From the NCBI GenBank assembly GCA_051294375.1, contig CM119268.1, forward strand, positions 16,045,528 to 16,109,527: a DNA stretch of 64,000 nt. Direction: 5' to 3'. Below, one piece after another: positions 1 through 11,550 of this stretch (position 1 is the first letter of the stretch; the number at the start of each line of letters is the position of its first letter). The position numbers and the translations under genes are program-made. The notes beneath the pieces are model-generated. The model was not told where the DNA came from, did no database searches, and was given only the letters and a program-made list of their open reading frames with translations. This stretch comes from Paraspadella gotoi (lineage: Eukaryota; Animalia; Chaetognatha).

Positions 1-211
1 TACGTACTATTGTAAACCAAATAAATATGTGGAGTGCTTTAAGATACTAATTAAAATTGATCTCTTTTTTTCGAACGTTTCTTTTTTTTCACATTTTATT
101 AAGGCCATCTCCAACTTCAACGTAATTTACCAATGACCAAAGCATGTTTCGAACGACTGGTCTTTCACGGAGATAGACAATCTGACAATCAGACGGACAT
201 TTTAACCAGAC

Positions 212-413
212 CGTACGGACTCGCCTGGACTTTGAAGAGGTTGAAAAGGTTGATCCTGAGGACGGAGGAGTTGAGGGCGACCCTTCCTGGGATGAGGGGC
301 GCGTTGAAGAAGAAGATCTTGGTGTCGCGGGCGGCGACGCGACCTCGACACAGTCGGGCCGAGTTGAAGTTGGTCACTTGGACCACGTTACGGTCCGCGC
401 CCACTTCGAGGTC
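212..413 (-). CDS. AGRN: Agrin NtA exon, C-terminal half
   Basis: Acceptor cctttcccag|GAC at 413; encodes DTKIFFFN...LNSSVLRINLFNL. The donor is ambiguous: TACG|GTCTGG (exon end 212) or a GC donor CAG|GCGAGT (end 225). Confidence 0.85.
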
Positions 414-2790
414 CTGGGAAAGGTTTAGATGGGATGGGCGGGGGGTAAAGGGTTAGTGTTGGGTCGCTGATCAAGTGGCTCTTTTTTTGAAGTTTCTCGA
501 GGAAACTTGGCTTGGCACTGCTATCTCACCGACCGCTTGCGACTTTTGCGTCAACCGCCCCACCCTGTTGTGTCCTTTTATAATCCTCTTGATGACGACG
601 TCACCCATGTATTCCTTCTTCCAGGCGCCCGATGCAGGCGCTGCACCGTCCCCGTCATCACCACGGCCGCTCGCTGCACCTGCTGTTCGATGTTCTCTGA
701 GAACTGAAAAGGGAATTGAAAGAGATTTTTGAAATTAATAATTAATTTGAAAGGTTGTTAATAATCTACGAGTACGTTGAATTAGGATACAAGCGTAAAG
801 CAGAATTCTGTTACTGTCTTTTCAACAGTTTGTGACATCAAAACAATGACCTTCCTTAGATTCGCTTCGTAACGAAGTCCGTCGCGCTACCTGCTAGTTT
901 TAATTTTGTTTAAATTTTTTTTTAGTTATTTTTAGGCTTTCTCTATATTTTTTTTTTTGGGGGAATTCGGGTAAAAAAAAAAACCCAAAAAATAAAAAAA
1001 AACAATAAAAAACAAAACAACCCAAAAAAAACAACGTAAAAATGGATTTCAAGTCGATCGCATTTCACTACGCGGATGCGCGGAAGCACACCGTCGATTC
1101 CATGGCTCAAAAGGTTGGAGTGATAGTGGGAGGGGAAGAGTTAAGTGGTTTTGTATGGCCGAGCGAGGAGATGAGAAAAGACGGGGACCGGTTAGGCTAT
1201 TGGCTCCGTTCGCTCAAGCGGATGAGTCGATCCCTTTTCTCGCTTCTAATTTTTGTTCTATTTGATGTAAAACGACGACGATCGGAATTACGACGACGAC
1301 GACTATTATTATCCGTTTTAAATTTTGAAAGATTCATAAACAAAAACAACAAAAAATATAAATCCTAAATATTAAAATTAAATGATATCTGTCAATTACC
1401 AAAAAAACAATCAATCCGAAATAAATAATTGTCATTGACTTAATTAGGCTTCTACTCCATAAACTAATGCTTAGGCCACAATTATATCTAATGTCTATTG
1501 TAGTTATGAATATTCTTCTTTGTGACCGCAGCACGGTGAGAATATTCGAAAGCAAACCATGTCGACCCAAAGGACATTGAAAGGTCAACCGCGAGATCTG
1601 CCGACTTGCCCTCGCGGAAATCTCTTGGAGGTGACCCAAAATGTCCAGTCCGGTGAGACTGGGGTATACGTGTTGGTTGGGCTTATCTATGTGAGGGAAG
1701 GATTGATCCAGCTAGCCGGTCGAATGCATAGTTGTTACATGGAAACCCTCTCCCTCCTTTTACAGCTGCCACCCGATCCGATCAAGTGCCCTCCTCGCCC
1801 CGGCTGCCCGCCACTGCCCCGCTGCCCGGCCTGCGAGCCGCTGCCCCTCGCTTGTAAGACAGAGAAGGATCCGTCCTGTCCTCCGCTCAGCGGGATTTGT
1901 GGAGCACAACAGCAGATCGGGATGGGCGTCGCTACCAAGAAGTAGGAGCTGGAGCTGGAGACGGATTGATAAAGCGGGGGAAATGGAGCGGATTTATCGT
2001 GGCTGGTTGAGTAGAGCAGAGAATGATGGCGCCGACAAACTAACAACGGAGTTCGTCCTTTCGCGAAGCTTGAATTAGCGGTGAAGTTTTTCGGGACAGG
2101 CTTTTTACTTTTGTTTTATTGAGTGAAATAAAATGGAAGCTTTTCCTGGAAATGAGCTTGGTTGGGTCAACTAAAATTAACATTAACGACTAATCATTGC
2201 TAGTTATGAGAATTACTCTTTATCTCTCTCTTTTCTCCTCCCGTTCTGGGCCGCTTTCTTGTTTTGGTATCAGTTTCCCCATCACCATTGCTCACTGCGC
2301 ACCTGTCTTTGCACGGATCCCTAAAATCTCTAAATTGCGCGTCCACGGAAGTTGCCAAAAACGTCGCGATCCAAAATAAGACGAAATAAAGCAGGGTCGA
2401 GTTGAACAACGATTTGTTAACCGACCGAGGGACACCCTTTCGGTTATCCTTTAGTTTTTCGCGGTTTGTGGGTTCGTCATTGATAGTTTTCACGGAGGCG
2501 TTTGCGGTTGCATCGGCAACGTTGGCGACGTTGTCACTGGCGGGGTTGGCGGCGGTAACGGCGTTTGTTCGGACTTTGGAGGTCGTTTCGGAGAGTATGA
2601 CAGCGTTATTGGAGCCAGCGGGGGCTGCAGCGGCTGTGACGACTGCGGCATCGGACGCGGAGGCGGATATTTCGAAGTTTCTCGTCGAACGCGGATAACA
2701 ATAAATAAGGAATCGAGGGCGACGGAGATGACGATGGCGAAGACGACGACGACGACGACGACAACGACGAAGAAGAAGATGATCTAATGT
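212..2790 (-). CDS. AGRN: Agrin-like gene, 5' part (signal/anchor segment + NtA domain); continues beyond the left edge
   Basis: Spliced exons (5' boundary unknown)..2296, 703..534 and 413..212 give ...VDAQFRDFRDPCKDRCA|FSENIEQQVQRAAVVMTGTVQRLHRAP(G)KKEYMGDVVIKRIIKGHNRVGRLTQKSQA|DLEVGADRNVVQVTNFNSARLCRGRVAARDTKIFFFNAPLIPGRVALNSSVLRINLFNLFKVQ. This is colinear with the recalled agrin NtA motifs (NVVLTGTV, Y.CKV.V.R.LKG, V.ISGF....C...V..GDTRIFF.N, LNSSLMRITL.NL). Downstream Kazal/LamG exons are outside the window, so full agrin architecture is inferred. Confidence 0.8.
534..703 (-). CDS. AGRN: Agrin NtA exon, N-terminal half, with apparent 1-nt deletion near 621-622
   Basis: Acceptor cccttttcag|TTC, donor GCG|GTCGGT; 170 nt, one base short of 57 codons. 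VVMTGTVQRL and KKEYMGDVVIKRIIKG are in different frames, switching at CCT-GG-AAG. Confidence 0.8.
1559..1945 (+). CDS. Small Cys/Pro-rich protein (83 aa spliced), nested antisense in the agrin intron
   Basis: ATG in AAACCATG context; exon 1559-1630 (GAG|GTGACC), intron ending ctccctccttttacag, exon 1766-1945 to TAG; AATAAA at about 2127. GC-rich against AT-rich flanks. Product MSTQRTLKGQPRDLPTCPRGNLLE|LPPDPIKCPPRPGCPPLPRCPACEPLPLACKTEKDPSCPPLSGICGAQQQIGMGVATKK. No family recognised. Confidence 0.55.
   Translation: MSTQRTLKGQPRDLPTCPRGNLLEVTQNVQSGETGVYVLVGLIYVREGLIQLAGRMHSCYMETLSLLLQLPPDPIKCPPRPGCPPLPRCPACEPLPLACKTEKDPSCPPLSGICGAQQQIGMGVATKK
2296..2790 (-). CDS. AGRN: Agrin signal-peptide/anchor exon (5' boundary unknown)
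   Basis: Open frame ending TLLYFVLFWIATFLATSVDA-QFRDFRDPCKDRCA with phase-0 donor GCA|GTGAGC, matching the phase-0 acceptor at 703. This places a Cys at the spacing expected for the first NtA cysteine. Confidence 0.65.
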
Positions 2791-2815
2791 NNNNNNNNNN
2801 NNNNNNNNNNNNNNN

Positions 2816-4720
2816 GGGTCGAGAAAAAGTGCCGGAATCACTGTGTGGGCGTGTGGGAAAATGCAGAGGAGAGAGGAAAGTAAAAAAAACCGAATAACGC
2901 GTGGTGAGAGTGGAGAACGATTAAAAAGTAATGAGTGCGGAATCGCCCGAAGCACTCGACGCAATAACGGGTCGATAATCACGACTGAGAAACGCGTCTC
3001 TGCGAAAACGAGGCGAATGTACAGCAAGACGACAGACTGGCCTTTCGACCACGCCGAGTGTTCTGTGCGAGGCTGACGGGTAGAACGCGCGCCGGGTCGG
3101 CTCTCCGATGGTCAGGGTGCGCGAATGCAATGCAGAAGGTCGGTACGAGGGGGGGGCGTACGAGGGGTGGCGTGGTCGCCCCGAGAGTGAAGTGAGCGGT
3201 CGGAAAGAGTGATGGAAAAAGGCGAGAGCAGACTCCGGGGATACCGTAGAAGATGTGTTGAGACCCACAACAAACACTATATCTTCTTAAAAACAAAAAG
3301 AATGTATGTCTCGAGGTAACCCGCCTCTAGAAAAGACATCCCCAGAAGCATCTCGGCGGCCAAAAAAGTTTGCACCACATCGGGAAAGCGGAGGAGTCCA
3401 GATAAATCAGCTCCAAACATCCGTTTACTTTTTACCATCCGGTGGCCAAAGACCGATCTTCCAACGGCCGCAGAACCAGGAAGCCCCCGTCTGCAACCAT
3501 GGGTTTGGTACCGTATCGATAAGCAGGCGGCACGCAACTACTCCCCGGAGCCGTGCGAGACCGGAGGTACGCAAGAGCGGAGGAACATCAATCCACCATA
3601 AAGCATGGTGCCTGCGCGAGCCCCGCGAGCGGGAGGAAAACTTCCCTACGGGATGAAGCGAAAAGTACCAAACTACAACCAGTTTCTCAAGCAAAATTGC
3701 CTGTCTAAGTGAGATCTAAGAAAAGCGCAATGTAAAATAAAGGAAAAAACCTAGCAGAAAGGATCACTCGTGAATGCGGGCAACTTTAACCAATTAAAGT
3801 CAGCCAGGTACCTGGGAAATGATCGGGGAGAAGTTAGCGAGAGCCAATAAATCTTTAGAGGTGTCCCAAGCCATCATCAATGCGTTCTATAAAAACTTAT
3901 ACCTCGGCGCGAAGTGCGGCCCTCGGGTGGGAATGGAGGTGACAACAGCCCCGTCGTGTTTCGGCTTAAATCAATGGATATTTGATTAAATTTGCTTGTC
4001 GGTGAAGCGGGGAAGGGCGAGCCAAGTATGTACCTGTACGATAATAAAACGTCTAGCGAGAGAGTGGGGAGGGAAAGCCCAAATCAAGTTGGACCACCGA
4101 GCAAAAAACTCAACCCGGATGATTAAAAGATCCGCTAAAAAACAAAATAGTCGATGGGCCATTCAAAACCCGCACCAAGCTGGCAAAACAGAAGGAAAAT
4201 GAAACAACTTTAGATGTAGGTTCTCCCGAGAGAGCCGTGTAGTGACAATAATAAGGCCCGCGTGTAAGCAGCTGTCAAGATATTTGGGAGTAAAGGCGGT
4301 TACGGTTCCTGTGGAGAATTAAGAAAAATGCCCGGTAAATCGTGCGGCGACTTTGACAGTATGTAACGAGCCCCTCAAATCACCTCAGTGTTGCAAGTCT
4401 TAATAACTAAATAAGTAGAAAGCATAACATTTGTTAGATCCGAACTATTGCCATAAAGTAACATTCCACCAATCTTATGAAAAGATTATAACTTCCATTA
4501 ATTACACATACATACAAGAGTCATAAGCACCCGAGAATTCCAAAAGTTAAAACAGACTGCCGTATGCAGGGTGAGAATCTCCCTTCAAAAAGACATTGAA
4601 AAACCTACAATAAACCCAGAGTATTCACAAAAGGGGCAGAAGGCCCTAGAAACAAGCAGTCATCAAAAACAATTTACTTTTCCGAGAACATTTTAGCAAG
4701 AAATTGAAATCTACGAACAC
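2816..4720 (+). mobile_element. Heavily decayed non-LTR retrotransposon (L1/Tx1-like LINE) relic(s)
   Basis: Scattered, frameshifted motif remnants: LVNAGNFN (~3767-3790, APE 'GDFN'), IINAFYKNLY (~3873-3902), SVKRG, KRLAREWGG (~4047-4072, cf. LP.E.GGLG), RYLGV (~4278-4292), C..CG.. (~4329-4350) and DIEK/TYNK (~4592-4615, RT 'D..KAFD'). No intact ORF. Confidence 0.5.
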
Positions 4721-7078
4721 ACATAAATAAAATAAACAAATCTCCCCACGAAATATAACATTGTGGAGCCAAAAACCAAATGTATATGATTAAATGATGA
4801 ATGCGATTTATTATATAATTATAAATGCGAAATAAATATATTTTAACTTTCATTAAAATTTTTATTAAAAGTTTATGATTATATGCCTAACCACTACTTA
4901 ATTTATAAGAGTATATATTGTACAACTAATAATCCGTAAAAAGTTAAGTGAATCCGATGTAATGTCAATTTATAATCTTTAATATAAATTAAAGCTAGTC
5001 GATCTGTATTTACCATATATTAGTGCGATAGACGTGAATAATAAGTATCTTACGAATGCGCAGAGAAAATTCTACATATGCCGCACAAAGAGTATCTTAT
5101 ACACCCAGTCCTGAGTATATCATTTTATAGATCGAATTCATCGAGAGAAGAGATTGCTCAAGAAGATGAAGGTTCATATTAATCTCATCTCTGAATTCTA
5201 ATGTCTCTTCTCTTTTTTTTTTGATTGCGATGGCCTTGGATGGAGATGAAGTCGGGCCTTCTGGTTGAAAATGGCCGCTTTGACGGGGAAGGGGCGAGCA
5301 GTGCCGTCGGGGAAGCGAGTCGGAACTGAAGTCGGAGCGCGAGTCGGAGCCCGAGACGAAGCGAGGAAGATGTGGAGCCGAGTCTGGAGATTAAAAGCAA
5401 GCGGAAGCATGACGAGGACCTTTCAACGAGATAAGCCTAAATAAAAATTGATCACTTAATATTTCATTCAAGATTTATTTTAAAATTTAAAATTTACAAA
5501 TCAATAAACGACGTGGATGATGACAATGAAATTAGCGAACGGATTAAAAAAAAAAAAAAGTTCATTAAACGAAACACGGGAAAACAAAATTAGATTTTAA
5601 TAGTGTTATTAGAATTATAAGAAAAAAATACTTTAAATTTATTAAAGTTAGTAAGTTTATGATGAAATAAAAAAAAGTAAGTGAATCGATGCAATTAAAC
5701 TTAAAAGTAAATGTGAAAATTACCAGAGAGAGAGAGAGAGTAGCAGGTGAAGAAGAATTGAGAGGAGAGACGAAGAGGAGAAGGAGATGGAGGAGAAAGA
5801 CTGATCGAGATGTAGAGTAAGAAGGAGTGAGAGACGCGAGAAGAGGAGATGAAGTCGATATGATCATCAAATGTAATCTAATGTACGTAAAGGATTGGCT
5901 TCGAATTTTTTCCGAGAAATATTATCTCGGCGGCGCCTGTTTTTGATTTTCCACCGATTTCCGATCCGAGAAGACGATTTAAAAAAAGGAATGTGTTCGA
6001 AAACTTGGATTGTAAAAAAAAAATATACAATACATATATGTTATCATAATTAACTTTTGAAAATTTTCCTAAAGTTGTTGGTCTTAAATAACTAAACGTC
6101 AGTCTTTCAATAACTGTTTACATTTTTTTATATTTTCGATGTCGATGAGGCTGATACAAAGTGGTAATTTCGTCGATGTATGAAGCGTTTTTTTAAAAAT
6201 AAATAACTTTAAAACTTCGCATAGAATCGAAATCTCGGATGCGCGTTTCTCGCGTTAAAAAGTAAAGCGCGTTCGTTCTCAATTGTTCAATTTTTTTTTT
6301 ATCTTCTTTTTTTAATTAGTTTTTTTTTTTTATTTCGAATTTTCACGTTTTTCTTCTTTTTTTTTCCTTTTTTTCTTTCTTTTTTTGTGAATTTGGCTTT
6401 CGGCTCTTCCCCTTCCTCGCGGGATGAAGGGGGGAGGGCGGGCTCACCTTCCGGCCACCAGATGAGTAGAAAAAAAGAGGATTTGAAAAAATAAATTAAA
6501 ATAATTAAATTTGAAAAAGTAACCACACGCTTAGATTTAAATCCCTCATCTATCATGGGAAGTGGAAAAAAATCGAGGGTGAAAGGAGAATAGGAAAAAA
6601 AGGAAGAGAGAGAGAGAGAGAAAATGAGTTATGCGATTGAGAAGAGTTGATAGAGGTAGGTTATGTCAACAAGACCGTCGTTAAAATAACCCATCGTAAA
6701 TTTTCCCCAAATGAAATATATTTTTTTATTTTTTTTGTAATCATTTTTTTTTCTCTCCATTTCTTTTTTAACGATTAATGTGTTGACTTTCAAAACTCAA
6801 AATTTCGTTTCGCACTTTTGTTGTCAAAATTTTGGGCTTGGCATAATTTTATATTATATTTCGTTATCACAAGGAGAAACGGTTTATTAAAAACATAAAA
6901 CGTAGTGGTTAAATTTCCGCGTGCATTTCCTGTTTTTCTTAGTTGCTGTAATCCTGTTAGAAATGTCATTTTCTTTAATTTTTATTGTTTTTCTCGGCCC
7001 TACTAACGGTTACGAGAAGCCTTCAGGCACGTTTCCTTTTATAAACACCAAGTTTGTTTCAGAGGAAAGGGAAAAATA

Positions 7079-7080
7079 AA

Positions 7081-7164
<84 letters not shown>

Positions 7165-7165
7165 A
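7079..7165. repeat. (GAAA)n microsatellite
   Basis: Pure tetranucleotide run; similar runs at about 19803-19870 and 24980-25080. Confidence 0.95.
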
Positions 7166-8418
7166 AAAAAAAAGAACGAAAAGAAAGAAAGCTCGCATAA
7201 TTCGAAATGATAAGAATAACGAAGCGAAAACTTTTTGCGGGGCGTTTGAAGAGGCGGTCGCCCGAAGTCGAGCTTAATTAGGCCCGAATTACACGTTTAG
7301 TCTCCGATATTCAACCCCCGAAAAAATAGGAGAAATTCGCTTGAGAATTTTTGTCGCTGAAAAGAGAGAACTTTTTTTTCCCACTTTCCCCCCACCTACT
7401 CTTCGAGCAAAACTCTCCCACGCCTGAGCGTCGTATTTTTAATTTCGAGTTCGATTGCTTGTCTTTTCCCCTTTTATCTCTGCCTCTTTCTAAACCTTTT
7501 ATTTGCTTTCTTTTACTCTCACAACTTTTTCTTTTTAATTCTTTTATCTCGAGTTATTTTCAGTTTAAGTTTTTCTTCGTTACTTTTTTTTATTTGTAGC
7601 TTTTTTTTACGTGATGGTTGTTGAAGCTATTTTTCTCGGTTTGTAATTTTTTTTTTTACACTGATGAAATATAAACTGATTTGCCGGATTTTTTTTTCGG
7701 TTACGGGAAGTATAAATTTTGATTCTTGAAGAGAAAAAAGACAGACCGTAAGTCGGACAATTTTTTTTTTAAAAAGGGGGAAGGCAAAAATGCAGAAAAA
7801 AATTCTAAAAAAAGGAAGAAAAAAAAAGTAAGAAAGAAATAAAGAAAGAGCGAAAACAAAAACAGAAAGCTAGAAATTAAGAAAGAAATATAGAAACCAA
7901 CAAGACAAAAAGACAAGAAAAAAAATACGAGAAAAAAGAAAAGCAAAGAAAAGTTAAAAAAAGAAGAGAAGAATAGAAGAAAAAAGGCTCTGGTCCGCAT
8001 ACTTTCACATGGATTTCGACCGCCGAGTCATTTTTCAGAAGAGAAAAAATCTGTTTATTATAAATTCTTTTTTTAAAAACTCCGAAGTTCATTTCCATTT
8101 GGACAAAAAAAGAAAAAGAGAAATTGAGAGAGAGAGAGAGAGAGAGAGGATTATTATTCATTCTGTCAAACGAATATGTTCGACTGGAAAAACGCCCATA
8201 ACTTGTTGCGATCACGATGACGAGAAGAGGGACGCCTCACGATCGACTTCCTCATACTTTATAAAGGCGAGAGAGAGAGAGAGTGGATAGAGAGTGAGTG
8301 AATAAAGAGGGAATAGCGTGAAACTAGAGAGCGTGAATAGTGAAGAGCGTGAGGACCGCACTGTTGTTTAATACGTTCATGTGAATTTTTTTTTTCGTCC
8401 CGTTCTAAGTCTCCCCTT

Positions 8419-8481
<63 letters not shown>

Positions 8482-10162
8482 TTCTCCCTCCCTCCCTCCT
8501 CCCACTCCATCCTCTGCTTTTCTGCTTGTTTTGATATCTGTTTCCCCCTTGAGAGGCTGGTTTAAAAAAAAAATTCGCTCAATTGTGTCAGAAACGAAGC
8601 ATTTTGCGAAATTAATGCGTTGTTTCTCTTTTTATTTATTTATTTTGTTGTGATTGCGTGAGGGCGATGAACGCGGCTGCGAACGTAAACCAGTTCCACC
8701 GAACTCCCCTTTTTTTTCACAGAAATTTCAAGTTGAAAGTTTAACGTTAAAGCAAATGAATGCAGAGCTCCGTGGAATTTTAATGTTTTCCCTTGTCAGT
8801 AGTCGAGTCACCGATGAATGCGAAAGAAACAAGGAGGAATACGAAATCAGCGCCCGGAATTCGTATGCAAAAGAATGAAAGACTTTATTCTCTTTTGTCG
8901 GATTCCCTTGTGGGATTTTCTTCCTTTTTTTTTTGACCCGGTTAGGTCTCGATCTTAGCTCCACCCCCTCTCGTGCCGACCCGCTTGACAATTACTCGCC
9001 AAACGGCTGACCCCTTCGTCACTCCCGTATCCATCACCCCCCTATCATTTCCCGTTAATACCGCAGTGGTGGCCGCTACCCTGCTGAGAACTCCCCCCAT
9101 CGTGAATATCTTCATCATGCTTGACCCACTGCCTTAAATACCCCGCTGGGCGATGTACCCGGCTAAAAATATCCAAGAGAGAAAAACTGGACTCTGGGAT
9201 TCGGTATATGGAAGTCTGTATCTTCTTCAAGTCAAAGTCAGAGTCAAAAAATAAAAAAACAAAGTCAGAGTCGGAAAAAAAGATTAAGAAATTCAAAGAT
9301 AGCCATAGCCGATCAAATTTAATTTCTAATGTATACAGCAGTAAGTAATTCAAAGTCAAGGCTTTAAACTTTTGCCCTTTGAAGCTAACGCCAGCTGGAC
9401 ATTTTATAAAGAAAATTATACAACTTATATTCAATCTGGAAAAACTATTGTGAGTAGTAAGTACGATTGACTCCAGACTAACGACAAAGATAATGCGATC
9501 TGAGAACCTTAGCCAAAGTGTCCACTTCCCTCAATAGGGACAATAAGTCGAGACGGTTTCATCATATCGACTGATTGAAGCCGAAACGAATCTGACCTTT
9601 AGATTTTCTCGAGAAGCCAAAATAAAAGGGAGCAACTCGCTCTCCCTTTGCGTCACCGACTCATTTCTCGGCTTCCACGAATTAACCGAGACTTTCTGAC
9701 GCAACGCCTCGCGAAATTCGTCGACCTTTAGATGAGGATTAGATTGGAAAGGAATTCCGCCGCTCATTCTCACCCTCGACTTCTTGGGGTGAAGGGGGGG
9801 GACGGGGCAGAGCGAGAGGGGGGGAGAGAAAGGAAAGCAGAAATAGAGTCTGGGCACTGCCTTAATAATTTCTGACTGACTCCTTTGTAGCAGACGACGA
9901 CCAAGGTTTCATTGTTCAGATGTAGTTTACTTTCGAAGGTGACGAGGATTCAAAACGTGAGGTAATTGTATAGACAAATTAATTATAAAAAAAAAGAAAA
10001 AGGCGCAAAATTGGCAAATGAAAAAGACGACGTAAACAACGGCAAAGCTATCACTCTTACATAGTTTCTGGGGCAGAAAAAGAAATATTAATTATTATCT
10101 AATTTTTTTCAATTGAATGATTTAGTGAAAAAAATCACGTAATGTTCGGTTTGACCCTAAAC

Positions 10163-10204
<42 letters not shown>

Positions 10205-10745
10205 AGTCGAGTCGTAAAAAATATTCGGCGAGAAGAAAAGGGGAGGAAGATAGAAGAGGAGGGAGGAGAAGAAGAAAAGAGGGGGAGCAGAGAGACAATG
10301 ATGGAGAGAAGAGTAGAAACTGCGGGGGGGGGGGGAAGATTGAAGGGTAAAGGAGGAAAAGGAAATCAAATATGAGGGGTCAATATCTGGATGATCGTCG
10401 ATGAGGGTTTGCGGAAAGTCACTTCTCGACTGACACCGAGCCAAAAAAAAAGAACACAACAACTTTTGTTTTTAACAATAATAATCATAAAATAATAAAA
10501 AAAGAACATTCTCGACCAATTCTCACGACCGACGAGAGTATCAACACCCCCTTTCCCCCCCCCCCGCGGAAGAAAAAGTGGAACATGCGTCCTCGGGTTC
10601 GCGACCGCCGTTTACTCTCACTTTTGACACTTTTATCACTCGACGACGCGATGCGGCGTCAATCATCTCCCCCTTTTTTTTCGTATTTATTGGGTTTGAA
10701 AAAAGAAAAAAAAGAAAGAAAATCCTCGGGGTTCGAGTTCGTTAA

Positions 10746-10804
10746 TCCAGAGCGATCTCGTCCAGAACGATTTCGTCCAAAGCGATCGTCTCGTTACCAG
10801 AACC
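10746..10804. repeat. Short 15-nt tandem repeat (TCCAGAGCGATCTCG-like, ~3-4 units)
   Basis: tccagagcgatctcg / tccagaacgatttcg / tccaaagcgatcgtctcg read directly. Confidence 0.7.
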
Positions 10805-11422
10805 CAGATCTCCTCGTCCGAGGAATTTTTTTGTGTGAGGATTTTGTGAGTCGAAGTTAACCTCGGAGGTTCACCTTGACTCTGGGGGCGGATGAAAGTG
10901 AGGCTTAGAAATTCAGTTAAGCTCAAGCCTTTTTTTTTTTTATTAACGTGAATATTGAACTCGTTCTTCGCGGTCGAATGCATTCAATTCGAAAGCCAAC
11001 GTTTGTATCCATTTCTTTCGTCAGTTTTTCTTTTAGTAAAAATACTATTAACATGAATTGCTGTGTTTCTTTCTTAGTTTCGACAGACTTGTCTTCATGA
11101 CTTCTCTATCATCTCTCCCCTTGTCCGGTCGGTCCGCACAAGTCCGTCCACTCTCCGTCGTCGTCGTCGTTTCCCCTTCCTTCTCCGGTCGGGTCCGAAC
11201 CCGCGGCGGAAGAACCTTTTACGATTCTTTTATGGCGCCGTAATTTGCGCCACTCAGAATCGTAAACGAACGCGCGTAGAGTGGGGACGAAGACGACGAC
11301 GACGACGACGTTAAGGACGACGACGGTGAAAGCGACTGGGAACTCGGAGCTGACCAGTTACGTCTTCTCGATTCACGCAACCTGGATGATTACGATAGAG
11401 ACCGACGACGAACGAAGAAGAT

Positions 11423-11486
11423 TATGATTTATGATGATGATGTTTATATGATGGATGATGATTGATGATGATGATGATGATGATGA

Positions 11487-11519
<33 letters not shown>

Positions 11520-11550
11520 TTTATGTTGATGATGATGTTGATGATGATAT
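11423..11550. repeat. (GAT)n microsatellite, partly degenerate
   Basis: Direct reading; source of the spurious poly-His ORF. Confidence 0.9.

Noticed and set aside
189-404. TGF-beta propeptide reading of FFFNAPLIPGRVALNSSVLRI
   Set aside because: The upstream exon and the DTKIFF/LNSS..RI.L.NL pattern fit agrin NtA far better.
5185-5410. GC-rich minus-strand block as a further agrin 5' exon
   Set aside because: All frames are low-complexity, with no convincing donor or homology.
9958-9973. TGAGGTAATTGTATAG resembling let-7
   Set aside because: Internal bases are missing and there is no complementary star arm.
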